Sequence record: NC_028999.1
Direction: 5' to 3' (one strand)
Length of the DNA: 64,000 bases
The first letter of the stretch is position 1. Each line of letters begins with the position of its first letter. Positions 1-9,228 of the stretch are shown here, piece after piece. The position numbers and the translations under genes are program-made. The notes under the pieces are model-generated. The model was not told the origin of the DNA, made no database searches, and saw only the letters and a program-made list of their open reading frames with translations.

Positions 1-20
1 GGATGTAAGCGGTATAAAGC

Positions 21-58
21 GGGAGCCTTCGGGCTCCCTGCTTTTCCTTTTCTTTTTT
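21..58 (+). terminator. Intrinsic terminator
   Basis: GGGAGCC-TTCG-GGCTCCC followed by a T-rich tract. Confidence 0.9.
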
Positions 59-81
59 GCCATTAAATTTTATTTCAAATC

Positions 82-89
82 TATATTAC
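82..89 (+). promoter_or_regulatory. phiKZ-type early promoter box
   Basis: TATATTAC after an AT-rich run, between a terminator and the next gene. Confidence 0.8.
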
Positions 90-127
90 GTCTTTGCTGA
101 ACCAACACTCAATCATTAGGGGTAATC

Positions 128-916
128 ATGATCACGCTTAAAAAGTCGCTGACCCAGTGCACGCTGGATAGCTGGTATACCTTCATGGCTGAGAACAGCC
201 TGTCTCGTTTTGATTGTCTGATTGATATTGGCTATCTGGATGAACCACTGCGTAAGATTCTGGAGAAGCACCCGATGTACCGTGGGGATGGTACCATTCT
301 CCTGAACCTGTCTGTGAATGCCTGTAAGCACATTAACTACAGAGGCGATGCATTTACCGGTGAGATCGGTCTTCAGGGTCGTCCGACTTCCCTGTATATC
401 CCGTACCATGCGTTCGTTTCATTGCAGATTCCGCTGTCGGAAACGGCTACAGTAGAAGCCAGTTTCCCGATCTACGACCGACTGGTATTCGATGCTCAGA
501 ACCCCACCTTCGTACACCCGTACGCTGAAGCTGGGCAACAATCGCTCCTCACTATTGCTCCTGAAGCTGTAGTGAAGTGGATGCACAATGAAGGCCACAC
601 TGAGTGTAATGTCCACAACGTCGGTGAGTTCATTAAGTACGTATGGCCTAATGGTGTACCGATGGAAGTCCAAGAATATTTGGTCGAAGAAACCGCCAAT
701 ATGCTCCGCGACCATCAAATGGCTGTACTGCAAAAGCAGTCTGCACAAGCTCCGGTTCCTTCGAATGACGATCGTATCCCGTTTGAAGAAGCTGAAATCA
801 AACCCCTGCTGGAATTCCCTGATCTCTCGGCCAATAAAGTTGTTCTGCAACAGCCGGTGGCGTCGAAGTTCAAAGGCAAGCCAACCCTGACTCTGATTAA
901 AGGAGGTAAGAAGTGA
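128..916 (+). CDS. sspB: SspB-like ClpXP adaptor protein
   Basis: ILLNLSVNAC...FTGEIGLQGRPTSLYIPYHAFVSL resembles the SspB core; C-terminal KGKPTLTLIK resembles the ClpX-binding tail (RPxLxVVK). Confidence 0.7.
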   Translation: MITLKKSLTQCTLDSWYTFMAENSLSRFDCLIDIGYLDEPLRKILEKHPMYRGDGTILLNLSVNACKHINYRGDAFTGEIGLQGRPTSLYIPYHAFVSLQIPLSETATVEASFPIYDRLVFDAQNPTFVHPYAEAGQQSLLTIAPEAVVKWMHNEGHTECNVHNVGEFIKYVWPNGVPMEVQEYLVEETANMLRDHQMAVLQKQSAQAPVPSNDDRIPFEEAEIKPLLEFPDLSANKVVLQQPVASKFKGKPTLTLIKGGKK

Positions 917-1182
917 GTGCTTCTGTCGTTGTAGGTCTTCCGACTGTTCTGCTTAGTACCATTCTCACTGCTGGGGTACAAGGTCCTGCGGGTAATAGTC
1001 AACTGGCCCAGGACTTCGAGTCTAAGGAAGCTTGCTGGCAAGCAATAGGTGCAATTCAACAAGCAACAGGTACCAATGGCGTAAAAGTACACCAGATCGA
1101 ACAAGGTGTTGTCCTTGAATATAGTTTTGAGGGCAAGAACATCCGTCGTGAAATGGTTTGTGTTAGCAAGCACAAACAGTGA
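913..1182 (+). CDS. Small hypothetical protein with hydrophobic N-terminus
   Basis: GTG start overlapping the previous stop; FESKEAC motif and a C-terminal Cys. Confidence 0.75.
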   Translation: MSASVVVGLPTVLLSTILTAGVQGPAGNSQLAQDFESKEACWQAIGAIQQATGTNGVKVHQIEQGVVLEYSFEGKNIRREMVCVSKHKQ

Positions 1183-1186
1183 ATGA

Positions 1187-1210
1187 GGGGAGTCCTACGG
1201 GACTCCCTTT
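1187..1210 (+). terminator. Terminator hairpin
   Basis: GGGAGTCC-TACG-GGACTCCC-TTT. Confidence 0.85.
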
Positions 1211-1240
1211 ATATCCCCTTCTCTTTTAGAGGCTTTAACA

Positions 1241-1993
1241 ATGAACCGACACAATTCCGAGGAAGTTCGCCAACTGATCGCCGATACGGCTGTGCAACTG
1301 GATACGCTGATGGAGAGTAATCACCTCAATGGCATCCGTTTCACTTTCGTGGCACCCAGTGAGGAGACCTTCAACGAACTGTCCAAGATCATTCATGAAG
1401 TTGAAAACCTGGGTCACACCATGCGTGTGCTGCGTGGGTCTCTCCATGACTTCAAAGAAATCATGGACGCTCAAGACTTTATCGTCACCGCTGGTAACAG
1501 TTACGGACACATGACTGGTGGTCTGGATGGTGCTCTGGCTGATATCTATCCTGATCTGATCAAACGCGTTCCATCTACCATTGCTCTTAAGTGTCATGGC
1601 GAGCTCAATGTGGGTGATGGTGTACTGGTGCATCGACATATCCAAGAACCCATCTACGAGAAGATCGTGTACAAGGATCAATACCTGGTTTACGTGCCGA
1701 CCATGCGTACTCCACGTCGGTTGGCAAAAGGTAGTGATGTACCTTATCTGGCTACCCACAAGGCCCTGAGTCTGATTCGCCAAGGCCTGATCCAACATCC
1801 TACCTTCCGTAATGTGTTCATGACCCTCATGGGTACTGGCACTGGTAACATTCCCGTGAAGGTAGCAGTCGAGCAATTCCTGCTGGCTCTTCGGAAAGCT
1901 ACTCGGATTGTCAATGTTAAGAAGCTGTTCGATGATGGTAAAGACGTCGACCATGAACTGGTTAACATTTGGAAAAGGTATGGCAATGAGTAA
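1241..1993 (+). CDS. Macrodomain (ADP-ribose binding/hydrolase) protein
   Basis: DFIVTAGNSYGHMTGGLDGAL and YLVYVPTMRTP match macrodomain motifs. Confidence 0.85.
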   Translation: MNRHNSEEVRQLIADTAVQLDTLMESNHLNGIRFTFVAPSEETFNELSKIIHEVENLGHTMRVLRGSLHDFKEIMDAQDFIVTAGNSYGHMTGGLDGALADIYPDLIKRVPSTIALKCHGELNVGDGVLVHRHIQEPIYEKIVYKDQYLVYVPTMRTPRRLAKGSDVPYLATHKALSLIRQGLIQHPTFRNVFMTLMGTGTGNIPVKVAVEQFLLALRKATRIVNVKKLFDDGKDVDHELVNIWKRYGNE

Positions 1994-2381
1994 GGACAAC
2001 GTGGGGTTAACGGTCGCACAGCGCAAGATTTACTTGGATGCGCTGGATCCAGTTATTCAAAAGATCGCATATGTCATCGATAAGGATCACAAAGGTTACG
2101 AGCCTGAAGTGCAGGTGAACTTAGCTAATCGCAGCTATGACATTATCTGCACGGAGTTCATGAAGTTCAATATGCAGCGTCGAGATGACAGTCCGCAATG
2201 GCAGTCGTTCTTCGACCAGCTCAAAGTGCCTCGTGAACTTCCCCCACGTGAGTCTGAGCAAACTGAGTACGAATGGCTGTCGATGGCTGCCCGTTCTCAG
2301 AAAGCCAAAGAGATGCAAGCAGCAATGAAGTTAGACTCTGTTGACAGAGACTACGTCAATACTTGGACGGGAAAAGTATGA
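1986..2381 (+). CDS. Hypothetical protein
   Basis: ORF track; start trimmed to MSKDNV, which overlaps the upstream stop. Confidence 0.75.
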   Translation: MSKDNVGLTVAQRKIYLDALDPVIQKIAYVIDKDHKGYEPEVQVNLANRSYDIICTEFMKFNMQRRDDSPQWQSFFDQLKVPRELPPRESEQTEYEWLSMAARSQKAKEMQAAMKLDSVDRDYVNTWTGKV

Positions 2382-2629
2382 GCGAAGAAGATTACGTCGC
2401 ATCTCAAATTCAACATGGTATTTGTCAGGAATTCCGTAAGGCTTACAAAGCAAAGATTGCTGTCTACAACTGCGAAGACATGCGAGTCAGCTTGGTCTAC
2501 GAAGATGGCCGTGTTGAACACTACCAACTCCAACACCCGACCGTCGTTTGCGATCCCGATGCTAGTCGTATCGTAGATGTCACCTACGACTTCTCCATGA
2601 TTGTCGGCAACAAACCAACTCTCCACTAA
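2378..2629 (+). CDS. Hypothetical protein
   Basis: ORF track; ATGA overlap with the previous gene. Confidence 0.75.
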   Translation: MSEEDYVASQIQHGICQEFRKAYKAKIAVYNCEDMRVSLVYEDGRVEHYQLQHPTVVCDPDASRIVDVTYDFSMIVGNKPTLH

Positions 2630-2638
2630 GGAAATACA

Positions 2639-4069
2639 ATGCACGCTTATCTCCAGCTGTTGGAAGACATCAAGAAATACGGTGTCTTCAAAGGAGATCG
2701 AACCGGGACTGGTACTCAGTCCCTTTTCGGTCGTCAGTTCCGTTTTGATCTGAAAGACAACAACCTGCCGGTTGTGACCACCAAGTTCGTTCATACCCCG
2801 TCGGTTGAAGTCGAACACGTCTGGATGAAGAACGGTCTCACTAACCTGAAGTTCCTGCTCGATCACAACGTGCGGATCTGGAACGAATGGTGCAAGCCGG
2901 GTACTGAAGTGCGCGTACCGGTGGACGAAGGTGAGCTGGTTGATCTGGTTCAACGCAAGTTCAAGTACGTTGACTTCGAAATGCACCACAGCAATGAAAT
3001 CGAAGAAGACTACAAGTTCATCCTAGATGGTGCTCGTACCAACGGCGAGAAAGGTGCGGTACTGCTGATGAGTGGTAAAGCCTGGATGGATGTCGAGCGT
3101 TTCGGCCCAGGCCCCACTACTTACGACTTCTATGGTCATGCTCGTCGAGTCTGGCAAATCGTCTGCGGAGAAACTACTACCCTTAAAGTAGGGGAAGACG
3201 GCTTTGTTTACCGTCTCGTAGATGGTGATCTGGGTCCGGTGTATGGTAAGACCTGGCGTAATATCGAGGACACTCGGATCATCAAGAAGGCTGAACTCCA
3301 GAACTTCTTGGATCGTAAGTTCACATTCGTGGTGGATGTACCGGGTACATCTCTGGAAACCGATCGAGCTGTAGTTACCCGTAATATCGATCAACTGGCT
3401 GAACTGCTCCATGACCTGGAACACAATCCGGATTCGCGGCGTCTGATCATCTGTGCCTGGGACCCGGCTCTGGTTGATGAACAGGCATTGCCTCCGTGCC
3501 ACGCATTTATTCAGTTCTGGACTCGTAAGCTGGAACTGTCCGAACGTCTGAGTCTGTGGGTTTCCAATAATGCCAATGAATTCATCAAGCATCTGTTGGA
3601 TTATAAGGGGGATTGGCCGACTCAAAACGTTATTGACATCGTCAACACTGGCGAATACCAACAAGTCATTACTCAGGTAGCCGAAAGTGATTGGCTGAAG
3701 TTTGTAGAAGCATCGGGTATTGATCTGACTGGTATTCCTGAACGAGGCATTAGTTGCCAACTCTACCAGCGATCAGTTGACGCATTCCTTGGTTTGCCCT
3801 TTAACATCACCTTCTACTCGATCATGACTCATGCACTGGCCAACCAGTTCAACATGGTTGCAGAAGAGTTCATCTGGACTGGGGGTGATTGCCACATTTA
3901 TTCCAACCACCAAGAACAGACTGATCTACAACTGACTCGGAATACGTTCCCGACTCCGAAGATTCATTTCCGTGAGAAAGGTAAACCGTATCTGGAACTG
4001 GACGTAGGTGATTTCGTGATCGAAGGTTATGAGTATCACCCACACATTGCTGGCAAGGTAGCCGTCTAA
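2639..4069 (+). CDS. thyA: Thymidylate synthase with large insertions
   Basis: DRTGTGT, GDLGPVYG, PDSRRLII, catalytic LPPCH, YQRSVD, GLPFN and GDCHIY motifs. Confidence 0.97.
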   Translation: MHAYLQLLEDIKKYGVFKGDRTGTGTQSLFGRQFRFDLKDNNLPVVTTKFVHTPSVEVEHVWMKNGLTNLKFLLDHNVRIWNEWCKPGTEVRVPVDEGELVDLVQRKFKYVDFEMHHSNEIEEDYKFILDGARTNGEKGAVLLMSGKAWMDVERFGPGPTTYDFYGHARRVWQIVCGETTTLKVGEDGFVYRLVDGDLGPVYGKTWRNIEDTRIIKKAELQNFLDRKFTFVVDVPGTSLETDRAVVTRNIDQLAELLHDLEHNPDSRRLIICAWDPALVDEQALPPCHAFIQFWTRKLELSERLSLWVSNNANEFIKHLLDYKGDWPTQNVIDIVNTGEYQQVITQVAESDWLKFVEASGIDLTGIPERGISCQLYQRSVDAFLGLPFNITFYSIMTHALANQFNMVAEEFIWTGGDCHIYSNHQEQTDLQLTRNTFPTPKIHFREKGKPYLELDVGDFVIEGYEYHPHIAGKVAV

Positions 4070-4329
4070 TGGAAAAGACCACGTTATCGTTGGAAGAACG
4101 TTGTACCTATGGAGCTCGTCAATCGATCCGTAAGGAAAGTGAGGCATCCAATGGGTATTTTGTTTGCAACAGTTTCACAATCGGTAACGTGGCTTCTCTC
4201 AAGATCTGGCAGAAGCCCAATGTCACCGATGAAGAACTACACGTCAAGTTAGATCAGATGGGTTATCCGAAATATCTGGAAGACGTGGATCCTGTTGACC
4301 TTGTTAAACAAGAAGATACCAATGTATAA
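4069..4329 (+). CDS. Hypothetical protein
   Basis: ORF track; TAATG coupling to thyA. Confidence 0.75.
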   Translation: MEKTTLSLEERCTYGARQSIRKESEASNGYFVCNSFTIGNVASLKIWQKPNVTDEELHVKLDQMGYPKYLEDVDPVDLVKQEDTNV

Positions 4330-4549
4330 ACATGTAGTAGATGGAAATGAATTGAGCAGTGCAGCCATTGATGTATTCCGCAGACTGTTCAAGAAAGGTT
4401 CCCAAGATGATGGTGATCTACCGTCCAAGTCGGGGATGCTGGAACTGATCCGTTGTGGCTTCGCCATGAAGGATTACACTATGGAATTACCTAACCGGCT
4501 GACGGTGGTAGGTCAGGAAGCTGCTGAACGTTTCTTTGGAGTACGTTAA
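4322..4549 (+). CDS. Hypothetical protein
   Basis: ORF track; start trimmed to MYKHVV. Confidence 0.75.
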   Translation: MYKHVVDGNELSSAAIDVFRRLFKKGSQDDGDLPSKSGMLELIRCGFAMKDYTMELPNRLTVVGQEAAERFFGVR

Positions 4550-4854
4550 TGCTTGAACAATCCCAGAACTGCTTCAAAATCAACTACGCTGAAATCATCG
4601 GTAACGAAGGTAAAACCGACGGTAAGCCGCTTACTGCTTTCGGTGATGAAGCCGAAGTTCAACGTCGGCTGCAAGAGCTGGTTGACAAAGACATCCTGCG
4701 TTGTTCGATTCATTGGGGCGCGCATGACTACGCCACCTTCGATATCGATGTTCCGGGTACCGACCAGGTTCAAATCCTGAAGCCCGGTGACCGTGTGAAT
4801 TTCGTTGGTGATTCGTACGAAATCGTTATCGATCCATCTAACAAGGAAGAGTAA
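4549..4854 (+). CDS. Hypothetical protein
   Basis: ORF track; TAATG coupling. Confidence 0.8.
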   Translation: MLEQSQNCFKINYAEIIGNEGKTDGKPLTAFGDEAEVQRRLQELVDKDILRCSIHWGAHDYATFDIDVPGTDQVQILKPGDRVNFVGDSYEIVIDPSNKEE

Positions 4855-5540
4855 TGTCTACGACTAGACTGGAATACATCCTCGAAAAGATTGCCATCTC
4901 TGGTAATGGTGAACAATTCAAGCACAACTTCTGTACTTACCGAAATGGTCAAGTACTTGGGTTGGGTCGTCCTGGCGTCACCAGTCGGAAACTACGTGAT
5001 TGGTTGTTCACCCAGAATGCTCACCAGTTCCTGAGTGAAGAGGACATTAGTTATCTGATTCACTGCATGGACGCCTACAGCGCAACTGTGCATGATGACC
5101 TCAATGAGTTCCTTTGTGAGCTGGGTCTGTGGTCTCCGGGGAAAGAATCTCCTGTGGATTGTCTGGCTGCGTTCACCTACCGTCTGTTCCATGGAGACTT
5201 CGTTTCGTACGAGCGTTTCCAGCGTAACAGTCGTTTTGCTGAGGCAGCTTATGGCGCTGATATGGCTACTGAGGTATCTTACAGTAAGCCTATACCAGTA
5301 TTCACCAAGACACTGGAAGAGGCTGACCTCTGGTACGAATTTGGACAAGAGATCGCTCCGATCAATGAAGATGGTATTCGCCGTCTACCTGAGGACAAGA
5401 AGATTGTCCGGGACTGGTTGAACCAGCACAATCTCCCGTTGGTGTACACCTGCTTCGACTTCAGTCCGGAGCCTGTACCCGAGGTTGATGCATCCGATGG
5501 TGAAAAGGTTCAGGAACACAAGTGTGCCATCTGTCAATAA
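4854..5540 (+). CDS. Hypothetical protein
   Basis: ORF track; TAATG coupling. Confidence 0.8.
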   Translation: MSTTRLEYILEKIAISGNGEQFKHNFCTYRNGQVLGLGRPGVTSRKLRDWLFTQNAHQFLSEEDISYLIHCMDAYSATVHDDLNEFLCELGLWSPGKESPVDCLAAFTYRLFHGDFVSYERFQRNSRFAEAAYGADMATEVSYSKPIPVFTKTLEEADLWYEFGQEIAPINEDGIRRLPEDKKIVRDWLNQHNLPLVYTCFDFSPEPVPEVDASDGEKVQEHKCAICQ

Positions 5541-5650
5541 CTACTCAAGTAACGACATGAGGCTAAGGAGAACTCCATGGGTACTCTGAAGACGGACTAC
5601 ATACGCTGCCCCACTCCGCAAGGGGGTGGGGGCGAATGTGAGTCAATCAA

Positions 5651-5908
5651 ATGTCAAGCGACAAATCCAAAAAGCAGTATCGTCATCACCATGAGCAACG
5701 CCACGTTAAAGCACAGGTGGCTATCTGGCGGTTCTACAACCAACAGGCAGCCAGTCTCGACGACCGCCGGCTCGGTCGGATGCGTAAAGAACACGCATTA
5801 AACTGTGGTCGCTCTCACTGTATGCTCTGTGTGAATCCTCGTCGGACTTGGGGTCGTAAGACTCTGGCCGAAAAGGTAGCGGATATTCGCTTTAAGGAAC
5901 AACAATAA
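5651..5908 (+). CDS. Small basic protein with probable Zn site
   Basis: HALNCGRSHCMLCVNPRR...TLAE (H/C-x-CxxC-xNPR pattern). Confidence 0.75.
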   Translation: MSSDKSKKQYRHHHEQRHVKAQVAIWRFYNQQAASLDDRRLGRMRKEHALNCGRSHCMLCVNPRRTWGRKTLAEKVADIRFKEQQ

Positions 5909-5910
5909 TA

Positions 5911-5934
5911 GAGGGGGCTTCGGCCCCTTCTTTT
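5911..5934 (+). terminator. Terminator hairpin
   Basis: GAGGGGGC-TTCG-GCCCCTTC-TTTT. Confidence 0.85.
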
Positions 5935-5954
5935 ATTCCCTCAAGGAAAATACA

Positions 5955-6263
5955 ATGCGGATAAATGATGACATGGGTTACGGGAATCTGATTGACTTCC
6001 CCGAAGAGAAATTCATGAAAGCGGGTGAGTTGGTGCTGATCCGCAAAAGAACTGCCTACGCAGGTGAAACCCCCATTGGGCTTTACCAAGTGGCGGAGGA
6101 TTGTTCTTTACCCAGACGCTACGAAGGGGAAGTCCGTGCAGACCTAGTATGGTCTGCCAAGGATAACGAGAACAGAATGCTGATCGAAGACGTTGAGAAC
6201 CTGGTTGAACAGGGTAAGCTCAAGCCAGTCGAACATACATCTATCTACTATCGGGACGAGTAA
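5955..6263 (+). CDS. Hypothetical protein, KAGE...QGKLKP repeat-domain family
   Basis: Shares the domain with the C-terminus of 6265-6975. Confidence 0.8.
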   Translation: MRINDDMGYGNLIDFPEEKFMKAGELVLIRKRTAYAGETPIGLYQVAEDCSLPRRYEGEVRADLVWSAKDNENRMLIEDVENLVEQGKLKPVEHTSIYYRDE

Positions 6264-6264
6264 C

Positions 6265-6975
6265 ATGTCAATCACAATTATTGTTTTCTCTAAGGAAGAA
6301 CCGAGTGATTCCGACATCATGACGTATGTCGGTGCTATCCCTGGACTCAGTGGAGAAGATTTCCGTTACCGTCTGGCATGGAGACATCGCTGTAATAATG
6401 ACATTCACAGCACCTTGTTTCAGATTTACGATGACGAGCATCATTCCGATAACTGTCATCTGTTGTTCAGGAATGGCCTGGTTACTGTCACAACTATGAC
6501 CGAAATTGCAGAGTTCACTCAGAACCTGCAAGACGAAATTAACTTCTACAGTAGTAACTTTGAGGAAGGGGTTAAAGCCGAAGTTTACTCGATCAGCAAT
6601 GGCGATACCTTGTACATTTTCCCTGATCAGGCCCATCGTGTTCATCATCTTCTTAAAGAAGATCTGAAATTGGTCTCCGACGACGAGAAAGAAGTAGCCG
6701 AATATACGTTGCTGGATAAGGACTATGAACTCAAAGCTGGGGAAATTGTCCAGGTGTACACCCACGTTAAATATGAAGGTGTATACGGCCACGAGTTATA
6801 CGAGGTCATCGAGGACTGCGTTATTCCCAAACGTGCTAGCGGTAGCGTTCTGAATCGCTACTTTGAAAAGGATGGTCGTAGGCAGAGAAACTACGATGAC
6901 GTTCAGACCTTAGTGGACCAAGGCAAACTGAAACCTATTAAATGCACCAGTGTTATCTACAAGGCCGAAATATGA
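6265..6975 (+). CDS. Hypothetical protein with C-terminal KAGE...QGKLKP domain
   Basis: ORF track; start trimmed to MSITII. Confidence 0.8.
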   Translation: MSITIIVFSKEEPSDSDIMTYVGAIPGLSGEDFRYRLAWRHRCNNDIHSTLFQIYDDEHHSDNCHLLFRNGLVTVTTMTEIAEFTQNLQDEINFYSSNFEEGVKAEVYSISNGDTLYIFPDQAHRVHHLLKEDLKLVSDDEKEVAEYTLLDKDYELKAGEIVQVYTHVKYEGVYGHELYEVIEDCVIPKRASGSVLNRYFEKDGRRQRNYDDVQTLVDQGKLKPIKCTSVIYKAEI

Positions 6976-7172
6976 GAAATCCATTTAGTGGCAGCAGTCT
7001 GTTCGACCTCCCTGAAGAAACCCCTGAAGAGAAGCTGCGTGCGATGTTCCATCCCTTCGGCGGTGCTTTCCGCGGCGAGATGAAATCGGATCATGGCGAA
7101 CGTACCAACCGAAAGATCAAAGATCAGCCGTTCTATCAACGTGGTCCGAAGAAGCAGATGAGGAAATACTGA
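6972..7172 (+). CDS. Hypothetical protein
   Basis: ORF track; ATGA overlap. Confidence 0.7.
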   Translation: MRNPFSGSSLFDLPEETPEEKLRAMFHPFGGAFRGEMKSDHGERTNRKIKDQPFYQRGPKKQMRKY

Positions 7173-7438
7173 TGTATCCGTTCGCTATTGCGGTTAGTCA
7201 CGTGATCGCTGTATTCCTCGTCGTCTACGCTGTTGGTGGTATGGTCATTACAGCTCGTCACGTCATTGCCTTCGAGCGAATAAAACGTTTGTTCGCTGAA
7301 GGGAAACTCCAGGAGGTTATCGCCTTTCGAAAGATGACTAAGTACGATACCCAGATGGATGGCCTGACGTATTGGTGTTGTTGGGGGTTGGGTATTACAA
7401 TCGCGATGTTGATCATTGCTGCGGGGTTAGCGCCATGA
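7172..7438 (+). CDS. Membrane protein (2 TM)
   Basis: Two hydrophobic segments; TGATG coupling. Confidence 0.8.
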   Translation: MYPFAIAVSHVIAVFLVVYAVGGMVITARHVIAFERIKRLFAEGKLQEVIAFRKMTKYDTQMDGLTYWCCWGLGITIAMLIIAAGLAP

Positions 7439-7818
7439 GATATGAAACCTGGATTAACGCCTATCTAGCGGCTATTGAAACGTTGCGCAAGCGTCATGGA
7501 TTGCGTGCGTATTACGACAAGCCGCTGGTTGAGCCGTACTACGAGCTGGAATTCAAAATGTTCAGTAAGCCTGATGAACCTCCAGCATACCTGGTCGCTT
7601 TCATGTACGAAGGACAACGGATCCAACTCCTGGTATTTGAGAATGATTCAGGTATTCAAGGACAGTTGTATAGCCTAGCTGCTGAACTTGGCGTTGCGAT
7701 CGATTTTGACCGTGATCCTTTTGGGGCTGACACTGTATTGGTTAATACACTTGGTCCATTCGTTAAGTTGATCCACCATCTGGTATTGGATGGTTACGGG
7801 GGACGGAATGCACTATAA
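7435..7818 (+). CDS. Hypothetical protein
   Basis: ORF track; start trimmed to MRYETW. Confidence 0.75.
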   Translation: MRYETWINAYLAAIETLRKRHGLRAYYDKPLVEPYYELEFKMFSKPDEPPAYLVAFMYEGQRIQLLVFENDSGIQGQLYSLAAELGVAIDFDRDPFGADTVLVNTLGPFVKLIHHLVLDGYGGRNAL

Positions 7819-8161
7819 GCTCAAGTTCTATGACATGCTCTTCCAGAACATCGTTCAGTTCCATCTGGAGGAGGGGAGTAGCTTCAAGGACTTCGAGGTT
7901 GAAAGTACCCTTGGACATAAACTCCTCTTCCGCCGTATTCGAAATGATGGCGTGGATAAGATGTCATGGGAAATCAGGATCTCTCATGAAACTGTAGAAA
8001 TTACAGCCGATCTCAACGTCCCTGGTTACGATATCAAGATCAATAAGATCCTTGACTATGAATGGAAAGAGGTTAGTTTGGATGATCCGCGTGCGGTATT
8101 CATCGCCAGTCGGTGTTGTGCGGTTTTCGTTCGATTAATGGAGGACCAGTGGTATGTCTAG
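7808..8161 (+). CDS. Hypothetical protein
   Basis: ORF track; start trimmed to MHYKLK. Confidence 0.75.
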   Translation: MHYKLKFYDMLFQNIVQFHLEEGSSFKDFEVESTLGHKLLFRRIRNDGVDKMSWEIRISHETVEITADLNVPGYDIKINKILDYEWKEVSLDDPRAVFIASRCCAVFVRLMEDQWYV

Positions 8162-8621
8162 AAAGGTCAAGTTCTATTCGCGCTTGGCTGCAATGGCTGT
8201 GACACAACCACATTACGTGATCTCCATTGGGGAAGCAAATGACGGCTGTGTATTGGACCCCGAACACAAATCGGTACTGCGTCTGGAGTTCGACGATATC
8301 CCTTATCACGTCGATGGGTATCGTCTGTTCTCGTTGACTGACGCAAGACGAATTTTAAGGTGGCTACGAGACGTTCCTGAGAACGAAACCGTTATAGTCC
8401 ACTGTGAGGCAGGGGTCAGCCGATCGGCTGCTGTAGCGCAATTCATGGTCGATCACCAGGGGTATGAACTGGAGAAAGATCAGTACTGTAATGGGAGCTT
8501 CCTGTGTGCCAATGGCCATGTTTACGGCACACTAAGAATGACTGCGTTGGAAATTACTGACCAGTACCTTCTTATGGAAGCTGAATATGATCGCAAAGTA
8601 AAGGGTATTCCCCAATGGTAG
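8154..8621 (+). CDS. CX5R (PTP/dual-specificity-type) phosphatase
   Basis: VIVHCEAGVSRSAAVA active-site loop; LRLEFDD acid loop. Confidence 0.9.
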   Translation: MSRKVKFYSRLAAMAVTQPHYVISIGEANDGCVLDPEHKSVLRLEFDDIPYHVDGYRLFSLTDARRILRWLRDVPENETVIVHCEAGVSRSAAVAQFMVDHQGYELEKDQYCNGSFLCANGHVYGTLRMTALEITDQYLLMEAEYDRKVKGIPQW

Positions 8622-8827
8622 CATCACGCTTAGCGCCACCTCCTCCACCGGGTTCTATTCTGGTGAAGGATGTACGAGATCACATCCAGGAGATGGTTGC
8701 ATCGGAAATGGGTCCGATCGAGAATGCTTGGAAATTGGAAGACTGTAAGTACATACCCAAGGCTGGGCTGGCTCTACTACAGGAAGACATCCACAAGCTT
8801 CTACGTAAACACTTTCGAGGAGAATAA
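8615..8827 (+). CDS. Hypothetical protein
   Basis: ORF track; tiles the operon. Confidence 0.65.
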   Translation: MVASRLAPPPPPGSILVKDVRDHIQEMVASEMGPIENAWKLEDCKYIPKAGLALLQEDIHKLLRKHFRGE

Positions 8828-8829
8828 CC

Positions 8830-9189
8830 ATGAGCATCACTCTGAACCAACCGCTGGTCCCTGCACTCCGGGAATTCATGTGGGACGTAAGTCGCTCCGA
8901 AGGGGGTATGGTGCGAACCCAAGCCGACCAAAGTGCGATCATCGATGTCGGTAGACCTGATGAAGATTTAATTGAGAATCCGACGGTCCGCGAAAACGAA
9001 GCCTACAACTACGGGGTAATTGCGGGTTCCCTGGGGTTGATGGATTACTTGGTTGACAAGGGGTATTCCATTATTGATCCGGCTGGAATCAAGGTGGAGC
9101 GAGCAGAGAACAAAAGCTTCCTGGAAACCTTCTCTGAGAAAAACTGGCTTAATGTAGCTACTGGCGAAACCGACGACGCGCCTTTCTAA
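8830..9189 (+). CDS. Hypothetical protein
   Basis: ORF track; GAGGAG RBS. Confidence 0.8.
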   Translation: MSITLNQPLVPALREFMWDVSRSEGGMVRTQADQSAIIDVGRPDEDLIENPTVRENEAYNYGVIAGSLGLMDYLVDKGYSIIDPAGIKVERAENKSFLETFSEKNWLNVATGETDDAPF

Positions 9190-9228
9190 GACTAATGGCG
9201 TCGTAACTAATCTAAATAAGGAAAATAC

